DNA of 64,000 nucleotides from an uncultured delta proteobacterium (GTDB lineage Bacteria; Desulfobacterota; Desulfomonilia; Desulfomonilales; Desulfomonilaceae), in the NCBI GenBank assembly GCA_963789265.1, contig CAWBKB010000001.1, positions 1,216,001-1,280,000 of the forward strand, in the 5' to 3' direction. Shown in pieces: positions 32,217 to 42,469 of the stretch. Both the position numbers and the translations under genes were made by a program. Position 1 is the first letter of the stretch. Every line of letters begins with the position of its first letter. Below the pieces are notes generated by a model that was not told the origin of the DNA, ran no database searches, and saw nothing but the letters and a program-made list of their open reading frames with translations.

Positions 32217-32418
32217 TAGAGCAACCCCTTCAACTAATAATCAACTTTTTTATTATAGATGCTTTTATCCTGAGAGGCAACAGGAGAATGTGCCGGGGTA
32301 TTCTACCATAAGACGGGTGGTAGCGTCCTAATTGAGGATGTTGATCGTCATTTCGCCGTACGCGGGAATCCAGTGGGACCGGTTTCCGTGCCGGTAGCTT
32401 ATGAGCCGCCGGCAGAGA

Positions 32419-32627
32419 GAAAGTGTCTCAAAATCGCGCATAAACGAAATTCGTAGCACGAAATTCCCTCACCCTGACCCTCTCCCAAAGGGCGAGGGGA
32501 CGGTAATAGAGCCCTTGGAACAGCTCCCGCTCCCTCTGGGAGAGGGAGCGGATGAGGGCAGCAACTATACCAATCAGGCGCAAGCGTGCCACGATTCCGG
32601 ACATCAAAATAATTTTGAGACAGTTTC
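32419..32627. mobile_element. MITE family A (209 bp), interior inverted relative to 8366-8575
   Basis: Same TIRs; 4-bp duplication GAGA (32415-18, 32628-31) in a REP hairpin loop. Confidence 0.88.
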
Positions 32628-32726
32628 GAGACGCCGGCGCTACCCCCTGGATCGGGGTCTTGGGTGACGATTGGTGAAAATAGCCGATGTGTCCCAAATT
32701 AGGACACTGCCAAACGGCTTACCAAT

Positions 32727-32755
32727 TTGACTTGATTGGAGCCTTGTGATATAAC
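32727..32755 (+). promoter_or_regulatory. Sigma70-type promoter for the PPIase gene
   Basis: TTGACT-N17-TATAAC with an extended -10 TG. Confidence 0.65.
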
Positions 32756-32827
32756 GCTTCAAGCATCAAGGATAATCCCTTGTGATATTTAAGGGTTAAC
32801 CCTAAGAGACGACAAAAGGAGACCCCC

Positions 32828-33756
32828 GTGTCATCAACCACATTCGTTTCCAAGGCTTTCTGGGCGCGGCTGCCCTGCTGATCTTTCTGCTTTCAGGCAT
32901 CGCCCCTTCTTTCGCCGGCGATGAAAGTCAAGTCCTGGCTAAAATCGGCAATCAGACCATAACTGGAGCGGACTTGCAGGAATGGGTGAATGCGGTTCCG
33001 GACAGATTTCGGCAGCAGGTTCAAACCCCTGGAGGTAAGAAAAGGGCTCTTGACTACATTATCAACATACAGCTCATGGCCTCAGAAGCCCAAAGGCAAA
33101 GTATGGACAAGGCGCCGGATATTCAAAAGCTGCTGCAGCTCACCCGAAATGATCTTATGGCACGAATTTATCTAGACAAAATGACCAAAAACCTTCCCGC
33201 TCCCACTGAGCAAGAGGCAAAAGCCTATTACGAAAAGCATCGGAGCCAGTATGTTGTGCCGGAAAGTGTACACCTCAGCCACATACTTCTCAAAACCGAA
33301 AAGGAGGCGAATGAGGCTCTTGGAAGGATCAAGAAGGGGGAAAAGTTTGGAGATGTCGCAAGGCAGGTCTCAATATGCCCGAGCAGGACTAACGGGGGAG
33401 ACCTGGACTGGCTCCCCAAGGGCAGGCTGGTAAAGGAAATTGAAGATGTTGCCTTCTCTATGAAGCCCGATGAAATCAAGGGTCCTGTACATTCGAAGTT
33501 TGGATGGCACATTTTGCTTCAGCAGGGCAAGAGGCCGGCCCAGGAGAGTTCTTTCGATCAGGTGAAGGATTACATTATCGAGCAGCTCAAGTTTCAGAAG
33601 CAACAGGACGAATATGAAAAGCTGGCCGAATCCTTGCGTAAGAAAGCAGGCGTGCAGGTGATGTTTAACCCTGCCGCCTCAGCGGGTCCGAGCGTCCCCA
33701 AACAGCCGGCGACCAACGCACCCGCGCAGACCGGCCCAGCTCGGGGGCCTAAGTGA
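32828..33756 (+). CDS. Parvulin-type peptidyl-prolyl isomerase (PrsA/PpiC-like); indel in signal-peptide region
   Basis: SHILL, GGDLDW, SKFGWHIL; AGGAGA SD and GTG at 32828 out of frame with the body. Confidence 0.9.
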
Positions 33757-34608
33757 TCTCGGCCCGGGTGTATTAGAAAGAAAAACGTTCATCGGGAAAG
33801 CAGGATTCACCGTCGTGTGGGAAGTGGGATGCTCGGGGGCCGCAGAGAAAACATGATTTTCTGCGGTCTCTGCATTCTGCCCGGTAATCCGGATTGTAGA
33901 GCACGGCATGCCGTGCATCTACGGAACGTTGTTATCCCCCCGCATGCGGGAATGCAGATTGTTTCTCATTCCCGCGCTCTGCCCGCAAACTGGCTTCATT
34001 TCACTATCATAGTCGAGGCAGAGCCTCGCGACACGCATTCCCAGGCAGAGCCCGGGCACGAGAAACAATCGGAAAATATTTTGACAATTGGTATGACGTA
34101 TGCACCCAGTTACAGCAGGAATTAGCGAGTGGCTTCGTGGGGTGGGCTTTCTAGCCCGCCATTGAACAGGGGTTTTCCCGGCAGGCTGTCCCGCGCCTCG
34201 CGGGACTGCCCCACAAGACTGAATGGTTCCGCTATGATTTGAAATTTTGTTGACCTTCATGGTCGAATTGCTTATTCTCAATAAGCATGTAAGCTCCTTA
34301 TAATTAGCTGATTTGTACCACCTCAGCCTGAGGGGGCGAATGGGCATGTTTCCGGGCATCTAACGCAAATCCAGACTTCTAATTAATTTCCCCCGAGGGA
34401 CAGCGCATGGGGAGGCCAAAAGCGTCGGAAGCTGTGCTATAAGCGTCGTGCACGGGAGTTGTCCGGAATGAGGCTCGCCACCGAGCTTTCTTGGGCACCG
34501 CATGATTCGTACTAAAGCACGCCGAGCTCGCTATCAACAAGTGTTAGCGGGAATGAACGACCAAGGGTTCTCTTAACTGCGTTCCCCTGGCTTTTGCAGA
34601 GACGACGA

Positions 34609-34845
34609 ATGAAATGTTCTCAATGCGGATTTAGAAGTACCAGGGAAACAAGGTTCTGCGGTACATCCGGCGTCCGCTTCGAAAAAGCTTCCGCCTTCGG
34701 CTGCAATGCTAACAGACCGGCCGGTTCCGAGGTTAATCGAAGGGGCCGCGTAAATGTGCGTATATCTTTAGTGCCAACCGGGGATGAGGATCCAACTCAG
34801 CTTTTCGGGTACCGAAAAAGCCGTTCGCTTTTATCCGGCTCATAA
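34609..34845 (+). pseudogene. Degenerate double-zinc-ribbon fragment
   Basis: MKCSQCGF......RFCGTSG resembles MKCxxC..FCxxCG N-termini but has lost cysteines. Confidence 0.4.
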
Positions 34846-34955
34846 AGAATAAAGACCGGAAAGGGAGGATTAAGAGTGCGAAAATAATGCCTATCTCAGC
34901 GCCTCAGATGCGGAAACTTCTGGAATAGGGATATTACTCTTGAGGGGAAACCTAC

Positions 34956-36197
34956 ATGAATTACAAGGGCAGGAGGAGAAAGGACCTTGTCCACGAGTTG
35001 GAGGAATTACGCGAACGAGTGGCCGAACTGACAGCCGGGAAATTAGGCCGAAATATCTCTGTCGAGGCCCTTCGCCAAAGTGAAGAAACCTCTCGGACCC
35101 TTCTGAATGCCACTACGGATGCAGCGTTACTCATGCACCCCGATGGTACCCTGCTTGCCCTGAACGAGGTAGCCGCACAAAAACTCGGCGGAACTGCTCA
35201 AGAACTAGTAGGCCGCAACTTGTTTGAGTTGTTGACGTATGACATGGCCGAAGAGTTTAGGGCGCGAGCCTCGGAGGTCACTAAATCAGGAGCCTCCGTG
35301 CGCTACGTGTATGCGAACGGAGGACAGTTCATCGACAACAGTCTGGTTCCGGTATTCCATGGAGCGGGCAAGGTAGACAGACTGGCGGTCTTTTCTCGAG
35401 ACATCACGAAGCAGGCGCTGGTCGAATTGGAACTGCACAAAGCCAGACAAGCTGCAGAAAGCGCCGACGTTGCTAAGAGCAGTTTCCTGGCACAGATGAG
35501 CCATGAATTGCGCACACCGCTGAATGCGATTATCGGCTTTTCGGAAATTCTTGAAGACCAGACTTTTGGCCCATTGAACGAACGACAGTTGAGATACATC
35601 AGCCACGTCCATGCCAGCGGGAGACACCTACTCGAACTCATAAATCAAATTTTGGACCTCTCCAAAGTTGAAGCCGGCAAAATGGAACTTCACGTTTCAA
35701 CGGTAAACATACCTCAACTCTTGGAGAGCGGCTTCATTATGGTCATGGAGAAGGCCAGAAAGCATGGGATCGAAATTGCTCTTCGTATTGAGTCCGAGCT
35801 CTCAAGGACCGAGATCCAAGCTGACGAGTTGAAGCTCAGGCAGATAGTCTTCAACCTTCTCTCCAACGCTGCCAAATTCACTCCGGACGGCGGCCGCATT
35901 GAACTGTCGGCCTGGAAGGAAGGGGGCGAACTCATGGTTAGCGTTTCGGACAACGGCATTGGACTCAGGCCTAAGGATTTGGAGCACATCTTTGTTGCAT
36001 TCGAGCAATTGGACTCCTCGTACGCAAGAAGGCAGCAGGGCACAGGTTTAGGGCTGACATTGGCTCAGAGCCTCGTGGAACTGCATGGCGGCAGAATCTG
36101 GGCGGAAAGCGAAGGGGAAGGCAAAGGCAGTAAGTTTACCTTCACAGTTCCGATCGTAGTTGCTTCAGGGATCTCGGAACAAAGCCAGGCCGTTTGA
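34956..36197 (+). CDS. PAS sensor histidine kinase
   Basis: MSHELRTPLNAIIG, NLLSNAAKFT, GTGLGL. Confidence 0.95.
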   Translation: MNYKGRRRKDLVHELEELRERVAELTAGKLGRNISVEALRQSEETSRTLLNATTDAALLMHPDGTLLALNEVAAQKLGGTAQELVGRNLFELLTYDMAEEFRARASEVTKSGASVRYVYANGGQFIDNSLVPVFHGAGKVDRLAVFSRDITKQALVELELHKARQAAESADVAKSSFLAQMSHELRTPLNAIIGFSEILEDQTFGPLNERQLRYISHVHASGRHLLELINQILDLSKVEAGKMELHVSTVNIPQLLESGFIMVMEKARKHGIEIALRIESELSRTEIQADELKLRQIVFNLLSNAAKFTPDGGRIELSAWKEGGELMVSVSDNGIGLRPKDLEHIFVAFEQLDSSYARRQQGTGLGLTLAQSLVELHGGRIWAESEGEGKGSKFTFTVPIVVASGISEQSQAV

Positions 36198-36471
36198 CCG
36201 GTCGGGGGCAGAAAGTATTTGGGGCTTGTTTGTGAAATGTGTCTTTCACACACAGGCGATGCCTCAACCGTGAAAGTGAAGTAAAGGCAGTTTGCGGGCA
36301 GAGCCCGCTGGGCTAAGTTTGCGCTTATAGGGCTCTGACACCGGGTCCGTAGCGGCAGTCCCGAGAGGCGCCATTAATGCTGTGGAGCAGACTTTCCAGT
36401 CTGCGGACTTCCTGCGGCCGAATTTTCGATATGAGTGATGGCAAAATACCGCATTAGTTGGGGTAGCCGAG

Positions 36472-36858
36472 ATGAAAAAGAAGAAGGTTCTAGTGGTCGA
36501 GGATGACTCATTCAGCATGGAACTGGTCACGGACTTGCTGGAGGTAGCAGGTTTCGAGGTGCTCCCGGCCGAGACCGCAGAAGCAGGGATAGAGATAGCG
36601 AAAGCAGGAGACCTTGCGCTTATTCTAATGGACATTAGACTTCCCGGCATCGATGGCTTGGCCGCGACCGCCATACTGAAGGACGACCCTCGGACAACCA
36701 ACATCCCTGTGGTTGCTCTGACCGCCTCCACCATGAGAGGGGACGAGCGAAAATGCCTGGAAGCCGGCTGCACAGGGTACATCGCCAAGCCCATAAACAC
36801 GAGAGGATTTGCGAAGGCGGTGGCGGCATACATCAGCACCGTCGGTGGCACCAACTGA
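36472..36858 (+). CDS. Single-domain response regulator (DivK-like)
   Basis: VVEDD, LMDIRLPGIDG, ALTA, AKP. Confidence 0.95.
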   Translation: MKKKKVLVVEDDSFSMELVTDLLEVAGFEVLPAETAEAGIEIAKAGDLALILMDIRLPGIDGLAATAILKDDPRTTNIPVVALTASTMRGDERKCLEAGCTGYIAKPINTRGFAKAVAAYISTVGGTN

Positions 36859-36899
36859 GAGGACCTCGCCTAACGCCGTCCTCGGCAGGAGGATGCTTC

Positions 36900-38687
36900 A
36901 TGAACCCGCGAAAAAGAATCTTGATAGTCGACGATGACGAACAGAATCGGGAGTTGCTGGAAGCCATGTTGGAGTCTCTGGGGTATAGGTCCGACCTGGC
37001 TGATAGCGGGATTAGCGCGTTGGCCAAGCTGAACGCGGACATCGATTTAGTGCTTATGGACATCATGATGCCCGGAATGGACGGTTTCGAAGCAGTCCGC
37101 AGAATTCGCAACCTTCCGGAAGTTGGAGACATTCCCATCATCATGGTTACCGTGCTCGGCGGAAAAAAGGACCGCCTGGAAGCAGTAGACGCCGGAGCCA
37201 ACGATTTCATCACCAAGCCCGTTGACAAACTCGAACTCCGGGTACGGGTTGCCTCTCTGTTGCGAATGAAGGAGGCGCAGGATGCAATCAAGCGCCACAA
37301 GGCCGAGCTCGAGGCAGAAGTTGAAAAACGGACTGCCGAGTTGAAGGAAAGCGAAGAGCGCTTCAGATATATTTTCGAAGCCGGCCAGGACTGTATGTTC
37401 GTGAAAGACGGGGACCGGAGATACTCTCACCTCAATCCCGCCATGCTTGCCATTGTGGAAAAGGACCCCACGGAAATCATCGGAAAAACAGATGAGGAGC
37501 TGTTCGCTGTGGAATGGGCGGCCCGGATGAAAAGCGTGGACGAGCGGGTCCTTCAAGGACAGCCGGCAGAATCCGAACTGAACCTTCTTTGTAAAGACCG
37601 GCCTACCACTTTCAACATTGTCAGATTCCCCATGCGAGATGGTTCGGGCAAAATAATAGGCCTGTGCGGGATAGCTCGTGACGTCACCGAACGCAGAGCG
37701 CGGGAATCTGAAATGAGAATTCGCTCTGGTCCTCCGGGCTCCAATATTATGCAGACCACGCTGGAGTTGGTACGCCGCGCGGCCAAGACTGACAGCTTGG
37801 TCCTTTTCACAGGCGAGAGCGGGAGCGGAAAGGATTATCTGGCTAAATACCTGCACCAACATTCAGGTCGGATTTCAGGTCCTTATTTCGCGATAAACTG
37901 TGCGGCCATTGCCCCAAATGTCGCAGAATCGGAACTTTTCGGACACGAAACGGGGTCTTTCACAGGCGCTCGTGGGCGCAAGCGGGGACTTCTTGAGTTG
38001 GCAGAAGGGGGAACCCTGCTGCTGAACGAGGTTGGCGAACTCTGTCCCGAGTTGCAGGCGAAGCTCCTCACGTTCATGGACACGCATACATTCACGCGAG
38101 TTGGCGGTGAAAGCAACATCCGGGTGAATACCAGAATCGTGGCCGCCACCAACCGTGACCTTGAAAAGGATGTTGAATCGGGAAGGTTCCGAAAAGACTT
38201 ATTCTTTCGGCTCAACGTCTTCCAAGTGACAGTCCCGCCGTTGCGGGAGAGAATAGAGGACTTGCCCACATTGATTGACGAGATACTCCCGGCTTTGGCT
38301 GAAAAAATTGGGCTTCATGATGCCCCCGCGATCGATTCCGATGCCAGGGATGCCCTTAGAAACTATAGCTGGCCCGGCAATGTCAGAGAGTTGCGCAACA
38401 CGCTGGAACGGGCGCTGATTCTCTGCGACAAGAAATATATCACCTCGAAGGACTTGTGCATGCATTCGGAGACGGAACCTTCCTCCGGACGCAAAGGAGA
38501 CATCTCGTTGACGCTTCATCTGGGCCGGGACGATTCAATGCACGATATACTGACGGAAACGAAGAGGTATCTTGTAACGGAGAGCCTGAAGCGATCCGGA
38601 GGCAGTATCAAAAAGGCGGCACAGTTCCTGGGGATTACACGCGACTCGCTTACCCACCACATGAGATCCCTTGGAATCCGCAAGTAG
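36900..38687 (+). CDS. Sigma54-dependent activator (REC-PAS-AAA+-HTH)
   Basis: GESGSGKD, ESELFGHETGSFTGA, WPGNVREL, C-terminal HTH; Walker B reads LLLNE. Confidence 0.95.
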   Translation: MNPRKRILIVDDDEQNRELLEAMLESLGYRSDLADSGISALAKLNADIDLVLMDIMMPGMDGFEAVRRIRNLPEVGDIPIIMVTVLGGKKDRLEAVDAGANDFITKPVDKLELRVRVASLLRMKEAQDAIKRHKAELEAEVEKRTAELKESEERFRYIFEAGQDCMFVKDGDRRYSHLNPAMLAIVEKDPTEIIGKTDEELFAVEWAARMKSVDERVLQGQPAESELNLLCKDRPTTFNIVRFPMRDGSGKIIGLCGIARDVTERRARESEMRIRSGPPGSNIMQTTLELVRRAAKTDSLVLFTGESGSGKDYLAKYLHQHSGRISGPYFAINCAAIAPNVAESELFGHETGSFTGARGRKRGLLELAEGGTLLLNEVGELCPELQAKLLTFMDTHTFTRVGGESNIRVNTRIVAATNRDLEKDVESGRFRKDLFFRLNVFQVTVPPLRERIEDLPTLIDEILPALAEKIGLHDAPAIDSDARDALRNYSWPGNVRELRNTLERALILCDKKYITSKDLCMHSETEPSSGRKGDISLTLHLGRDDSMHDILTETKRYLVTESLKRSGGSIKKAAQFLGITRDSLTHHMRSLGIRK

Positions 38688-38901
38688 TTTTCACGTACCG
38701 AATTGGGAACTATATGTGAAAATCACTCATGCTAAGGTTTGCATATCCTATCATTTTCTCACATAGCGAGCAGTATATGTCCTTTCCACTTATTTTCTAA
38801 CGTCTACGCATTGCCTCCGCTTCCGCCCCCGTGATTCGCCGGGCAGTGCAAGCCATTAGATTTCCTGCCTAATGACAGCTACATCTTACCGCATTGCCTT
38901 T

Positions 38902-38917
38902 TGGTACATCTCCTGCA
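38902..38917 (+). promoter_or_regulatory. Sigma54 promoter
   Basis: TGGTAC-ATCTC-CTGCA (GG-N10-GC) ~215 bp downstream of the activator gene. Confidence 0.65.
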
Positions 38918-38927
38918 CAACAGATAA

Positions 38928-39092
38928 GCAAGTCAGTTCCGGACCGAGGTCGTGACAGATCCGAGTTCAATCCATTCCTTCAGTTGAACGCGACCAAGGT
39001 TGCAAGGGGGGGAACAGACACCGCGCCGATGATGCGCGGAAAAGGGGGAGAGCAGCTTTCGCCTTCTCTCCCCCAGCCTGTATCGTCCGGAA
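38928..39092 (+). ncRNA. Candidate multi-stem structured RNA/leader
   Basis: Closing stem 38937-44/39085-92 enclosing three hairpins, starting at the predicted sigma54 +1. Confidence 0.4.
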
Positions 39093-39222
39093 AAGGCGGC
39101 GGGCAGTCCTTCGGGTTGACTCCCTCGTGAGGACATAGCTTACGGGAATCGCTCTTGGGCCGATGCGGCAACTGATAGACGGGCAGGATGCCGTCTGCTC
39201 CAAATTATTAAGGAGAGGAACG

Positions 39223-39615
39223 ATGAAAAGCAAAGATACCTTGGGAAAAAGAGTTGTCCGGTCAATGGGAACAATCATGATGGTCACTTGGATGCTGATC
39301 CTTGGGCCGATAGGCGCTGTGTTACTCGGAGCCGTGGCGTATTCCATGCTGGCGAAAAATCCCATTCAGGGCGTGCTTTGCGGCATTCTGCTCTTTCTTC
39401 CCCTTTTCCTAACCATAGCTTGGGGGATTGAGAGGTGGCTCCATGCCCGCCGAGAACAGAACCTCCAAAGAGCGGCCCTTCTTTTGGCAACCGAGCCGAT
39501 TGGCTCTCCAAATCCTTCAATTGAAGAGCGGGAAAGGGTTGGAGGTGCGCTTATGAACGGAGGCGTTCTTATTTTTTGGCTACTCGGCACGCTCATATAC
39601 GAGCTCTGCAACTAG
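39223..39615 (+). CDS. Hypothetical membrane protein (about 3 TM)
   Basis: AAGGAG SD; hydrophobic segments. Confidence 0.7.
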   Translation: MKSKDTLGKRVVRSMGTIMMVTWMLILGPIGAVLLGAVAYSMLAKNPIQGVLCGILLFLPLFLTIAWGIERWLHARREQNLQRAALLLATEPIGSPNPSIEERERVGGALMNGGVLIFWLLGTLIYELCN

Positions 39616-39679
39616 CACGCCTATCAGCCGGTGGCCGTATCTCGACCGCATTGTCGGGTCCGCCTGGAGGATAATACCA

Positions 39680-39916
39680 ATGAGCGCTCACACGACACGA
39701 GATTTTCTTATCGACCATGGCAACGGACTGCTGTCCCAGGAACTAATGCTGAAGTACCATCTGTCCGACAAGGGGCTTGAGCAGATCTTCCGTATGCTGA
39801 GGCGATCTGATTTGCTTGTTCTGAGGAGGCTCTGGGAACAGGACAAACTGACAGACGCCGAATTTGCGAGGGCTTTCGATGAAGTAGAAAACCGCCTCGG
39901 CGACGATGAACAATGA
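39680..39916 (+). CDS. Small hypothetical protein, 'LM.KY.LS' family (copy 2)
   Basis: GGAGG SD; ELMLKYHLSDKGLEQIFRML. Confidence 0.75.
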   Translation: MSAHTTRDFLIDHGNGLLSQELMLKYHLSDKGLEQIFRMLRRSDLLVLRRLWEQDKLTDAEFARAFDEVENRLGDDEQ

Positions 39917-40103
39917 CGTTTCCGATAGAGATTCCCTATGTGGCTCCGGGACCAGCGAAAATACTTTGCCATAGGCCATTTTGAAATTTTAAATGAAATC
40001 GGCGGACAAGATCGAGATTACGCCTCCGTCTGTAAGAAGACGCTGATAGTACGGCCGCTGTGCTAAGGTCAATTGCTTGTCCTGACATCGACGGGGGAAG
40101 AGT

Positions 40104-40343
40104 TTGGTAAAGCGAGTGATAAAGGCCAAAGAAGTCGTTGCCGATATTCGAGACGGTATGACCGACTTTGCATTGACCGAAAAGTACGATCTCAGTCCTC
40201 GCGGGTTCGAAAGACTCTTGAGTCACCTCGTTGACTCGGGGTTGCTTGGTGAGCGGGAACTTGAAGAGAGAGAACAACTCACGACCAGTCAAATCATTCG
40301 AGCTTTTATCAATTCGCGACGGGACAGAGAAATCCTCGGCTAA
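40104..40343 (+). CDS. Small hypothetical protein, 'DIRxGM..KY.LS' family (copy 3)
   Basis: KAKEVVADIRDGMTDFALTEKYDLSPRGF. Confidence 0.75.
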   Translation: MVKRVIKAKEVVADIRDGMTDFALTEKYDLSPRGFERLLSHLVDSGLLGERELEEREQLTTSQIIRAFINSRRDREILG

Positions 40344-40439
40344 AGGGTCATCAGAGTTCGCCGGCAATGGCCGAATCTGCTCAGGATGCGGCGAACTCCG
40401 CGCGAGACACGGCCTGGCCTGGACCCTGGATCGTCGTCC

Positions 40440-40624
40440 CGCAGGCGCTAACTTAAGGGCATTTCGTTACCTCTTGAGAGGTCCAACGGGCCATGCGCAT
40501 CAAAGTCCCTCTTTTTTAAAGGGGGATTTAGGGGGATTTTCAATGGCTTAGCTCAAAATCCCCCCTGACCCCCCTTTACGAAAGGGGGGAATCCAGCGCC
40601 CGCGTGGCTAAGTTAGCGCCTATG
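40440..40624. mobile_element. MITE family B (IS4-like ends)
   Basis: AGGCGCTAACTTA / TAAGTTAGCGCCT TIR; flanks GGATCGTCGTCC / GGATCGGTGTCC (10/12); homologous to 62908-63085 in the opposite orientation. Confidence 0.8.
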
Positions 40625-40726
40625 GGATCGGTGTCCGGGGTGACGGTTTCATTCCCTCAAGGTACACAAAGATTTTGTGAATTGTCATAATCGCCCCAAG
40701 ATTACGGGTCAATGAGACCCAAGAGT

Positions 40727-41528
40727 CTACTCTTCCAATGGCACGAACATGTCCTCGGCCTCTTCCGTCAAGGCGCTCACGTCTCCCACCTGGTCATGGA
40801 TTCTGTCGAAGGCATCTTCCGCGGTACGAGTCTTAAGGTCTTCCTCGCGCAACATGATGGAAACCAGCTCGTTAAAGTACGTCTCGTCCGCCAGGTGGAT
40901 CTTGGTAAGAATATCCAACGTCTCTTCGTCTGTAACCTCGAGATCGTCAGGCTTCAGCTCGCCGCGATCGAGTTTGACCAGGAAATCCGCAGGGAAGGAA
41001 CTATCTTCTTCGTCTTCGGCCGTATCCTTGGATTTCGCCCACGGTCTCAGCACCTTGTCCTGAAACGCTGAGGCCACCACCTTAATATCGAGATTCTTCA
41101 AGAGTCGGGCAAAGTCTGCATCTCCCTCCTCCAGGAAACTTACCATCCAATGGTAAGCGGTCTGCGGATCAGTGATGCCTTTCGTGGAAAATAACTCTTG
41201 ATCGAGGTCTAGTACCCGACTGCACTCGCTCGGGGTTCACCAGGGAAAGCACCCCGATGTGAGTAGAGCTCTGAGATTTCATTATCCGAAAGAGGGTCCT
41301 GTCGCCCAAACCATCGACAATCTCCCGGCTTTTGTTGTCATCCAATAGGAAAAGCAGCTCCTGCGCGGCTTTGGGATCGCGTAGAGCCTGGTGGCTCACC
41401 AGCGATATTTGCTCCTCGCCTGTGAGCGCTTCCATGAGTTGAGCCGCTTCGCGCGGATCTGTCTTGATCAGATCCAGGACGCGGCTTCCTCGCTCGGAAA
41501 TCGGAGCAAGGTACGTGTCCTGCCGCAT
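40727..41528 (-). CDS. Hypothetical acidic helical protein (possibly DUF6178-like), frameshift ~41215
   Basis: GGAG SD; VQSVLDLDQELF..AYHW read across two frames; family call is from recall only. Confidence 0.6.
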
Positions 41529-41533
41529 ATCTG

Positions 41534-42070
41534 TTATGTCTCCTCTGCTGTCGTCCAACGTGGGTCTTCGATGGAGCGCACTGTCTCCAGCATGGAGTCG
41601 TCGCCGCCGAAGTCTTCCGGAGTCCATCCCTCTTCGGGTGGAGCATAGGATTCCCCGAGATTTAGGGCGACTCTTCCGCGCTCCCTACCGATTGTCATCA
41701 ACTGGAAAGCCCTGACCAGATTTGAGCTGATCTCTTTATCAGGGACGTCCCGAAAGGAGAAAATGACCTCTCTCAAGGTAGGGGCGTGAGATTTGTCCAG
41801 TTGTAGTCCTTTTACCGCAAGGACGTCTTCGAGTGGCGGCATAGAATCATCGTTCAACGATCCGAGCAGCATGTCCATCAAGCCTCTGGACAGGCGAACG
41901 AGGTGCCGGATACTGAAGGCCAGGGTCACCGCGTCCATGTCGAGGGGATTCTTGCACACCACTTCCAGGTACTGCAATTCGCGGCCCGTATTCTCAGAGC
42001 AAAACTCTTCGAAGCTCGCGAAATCCTCGCTTATTTCCGGACTTACCGGGATCTCATCGTCTAAAGGCAT
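41534..42070 (-). CDS. Hypothetical acidic protein
   Basis: 178-aa ORF, GGAGG SD, coupled to the downstream gene. Confidence 0.7.
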   Translation of the reverse strand: MPLDDEIPVSPEISEDFASFEEFCSENTGRELQYLEVVCKNPLDMDAVTLAFSIRHLVRLSRGLMDMLLGSLNDDSMPPLEDVLAVKGLQLDKSHAPTLREVIFSFRDVPDKEISSNLVRAFQLMTIGRERGRVALNLGESYAPPEEGWTPEDFGGDDSMLETVRSIEDPRWTTAEET

Positions 42071-42469
42071 ACAGTCCCTCCCGCCACTTTAAAATTATTG
42101 TAACTCGATTCCTGGAAAGGTTTCAAGAGCAGTTGGCTCGGCCGCGTCTTCCCTCGACAGAGACTCAAGCAATCGTATACTTTAATCATAGAGGTGATTT
42201 CGACAGAAAATCAACCGAGATCGTATGCATTCAGTTACTGCCGGAATTTGCGGGTGGTGGGGTGGGCTTTCCAGCCCGCCATTGAACGGGGGGTTCCCCG
42301 GCAGGCTGTCCCGCGGAACTGCCCCACAAGGCTGAATGGTTACCCGAGATCAGGATCGACATCTTCCTGGAGAGCCTTGGATTGAAGAAACCCCGCTCAT
42401 CGGGCAACACATAACCGCTGCGAAGGGGCCGAAGGGCGTTCGGGCTCTCAAGATAAGGAGGTTTCCTAT

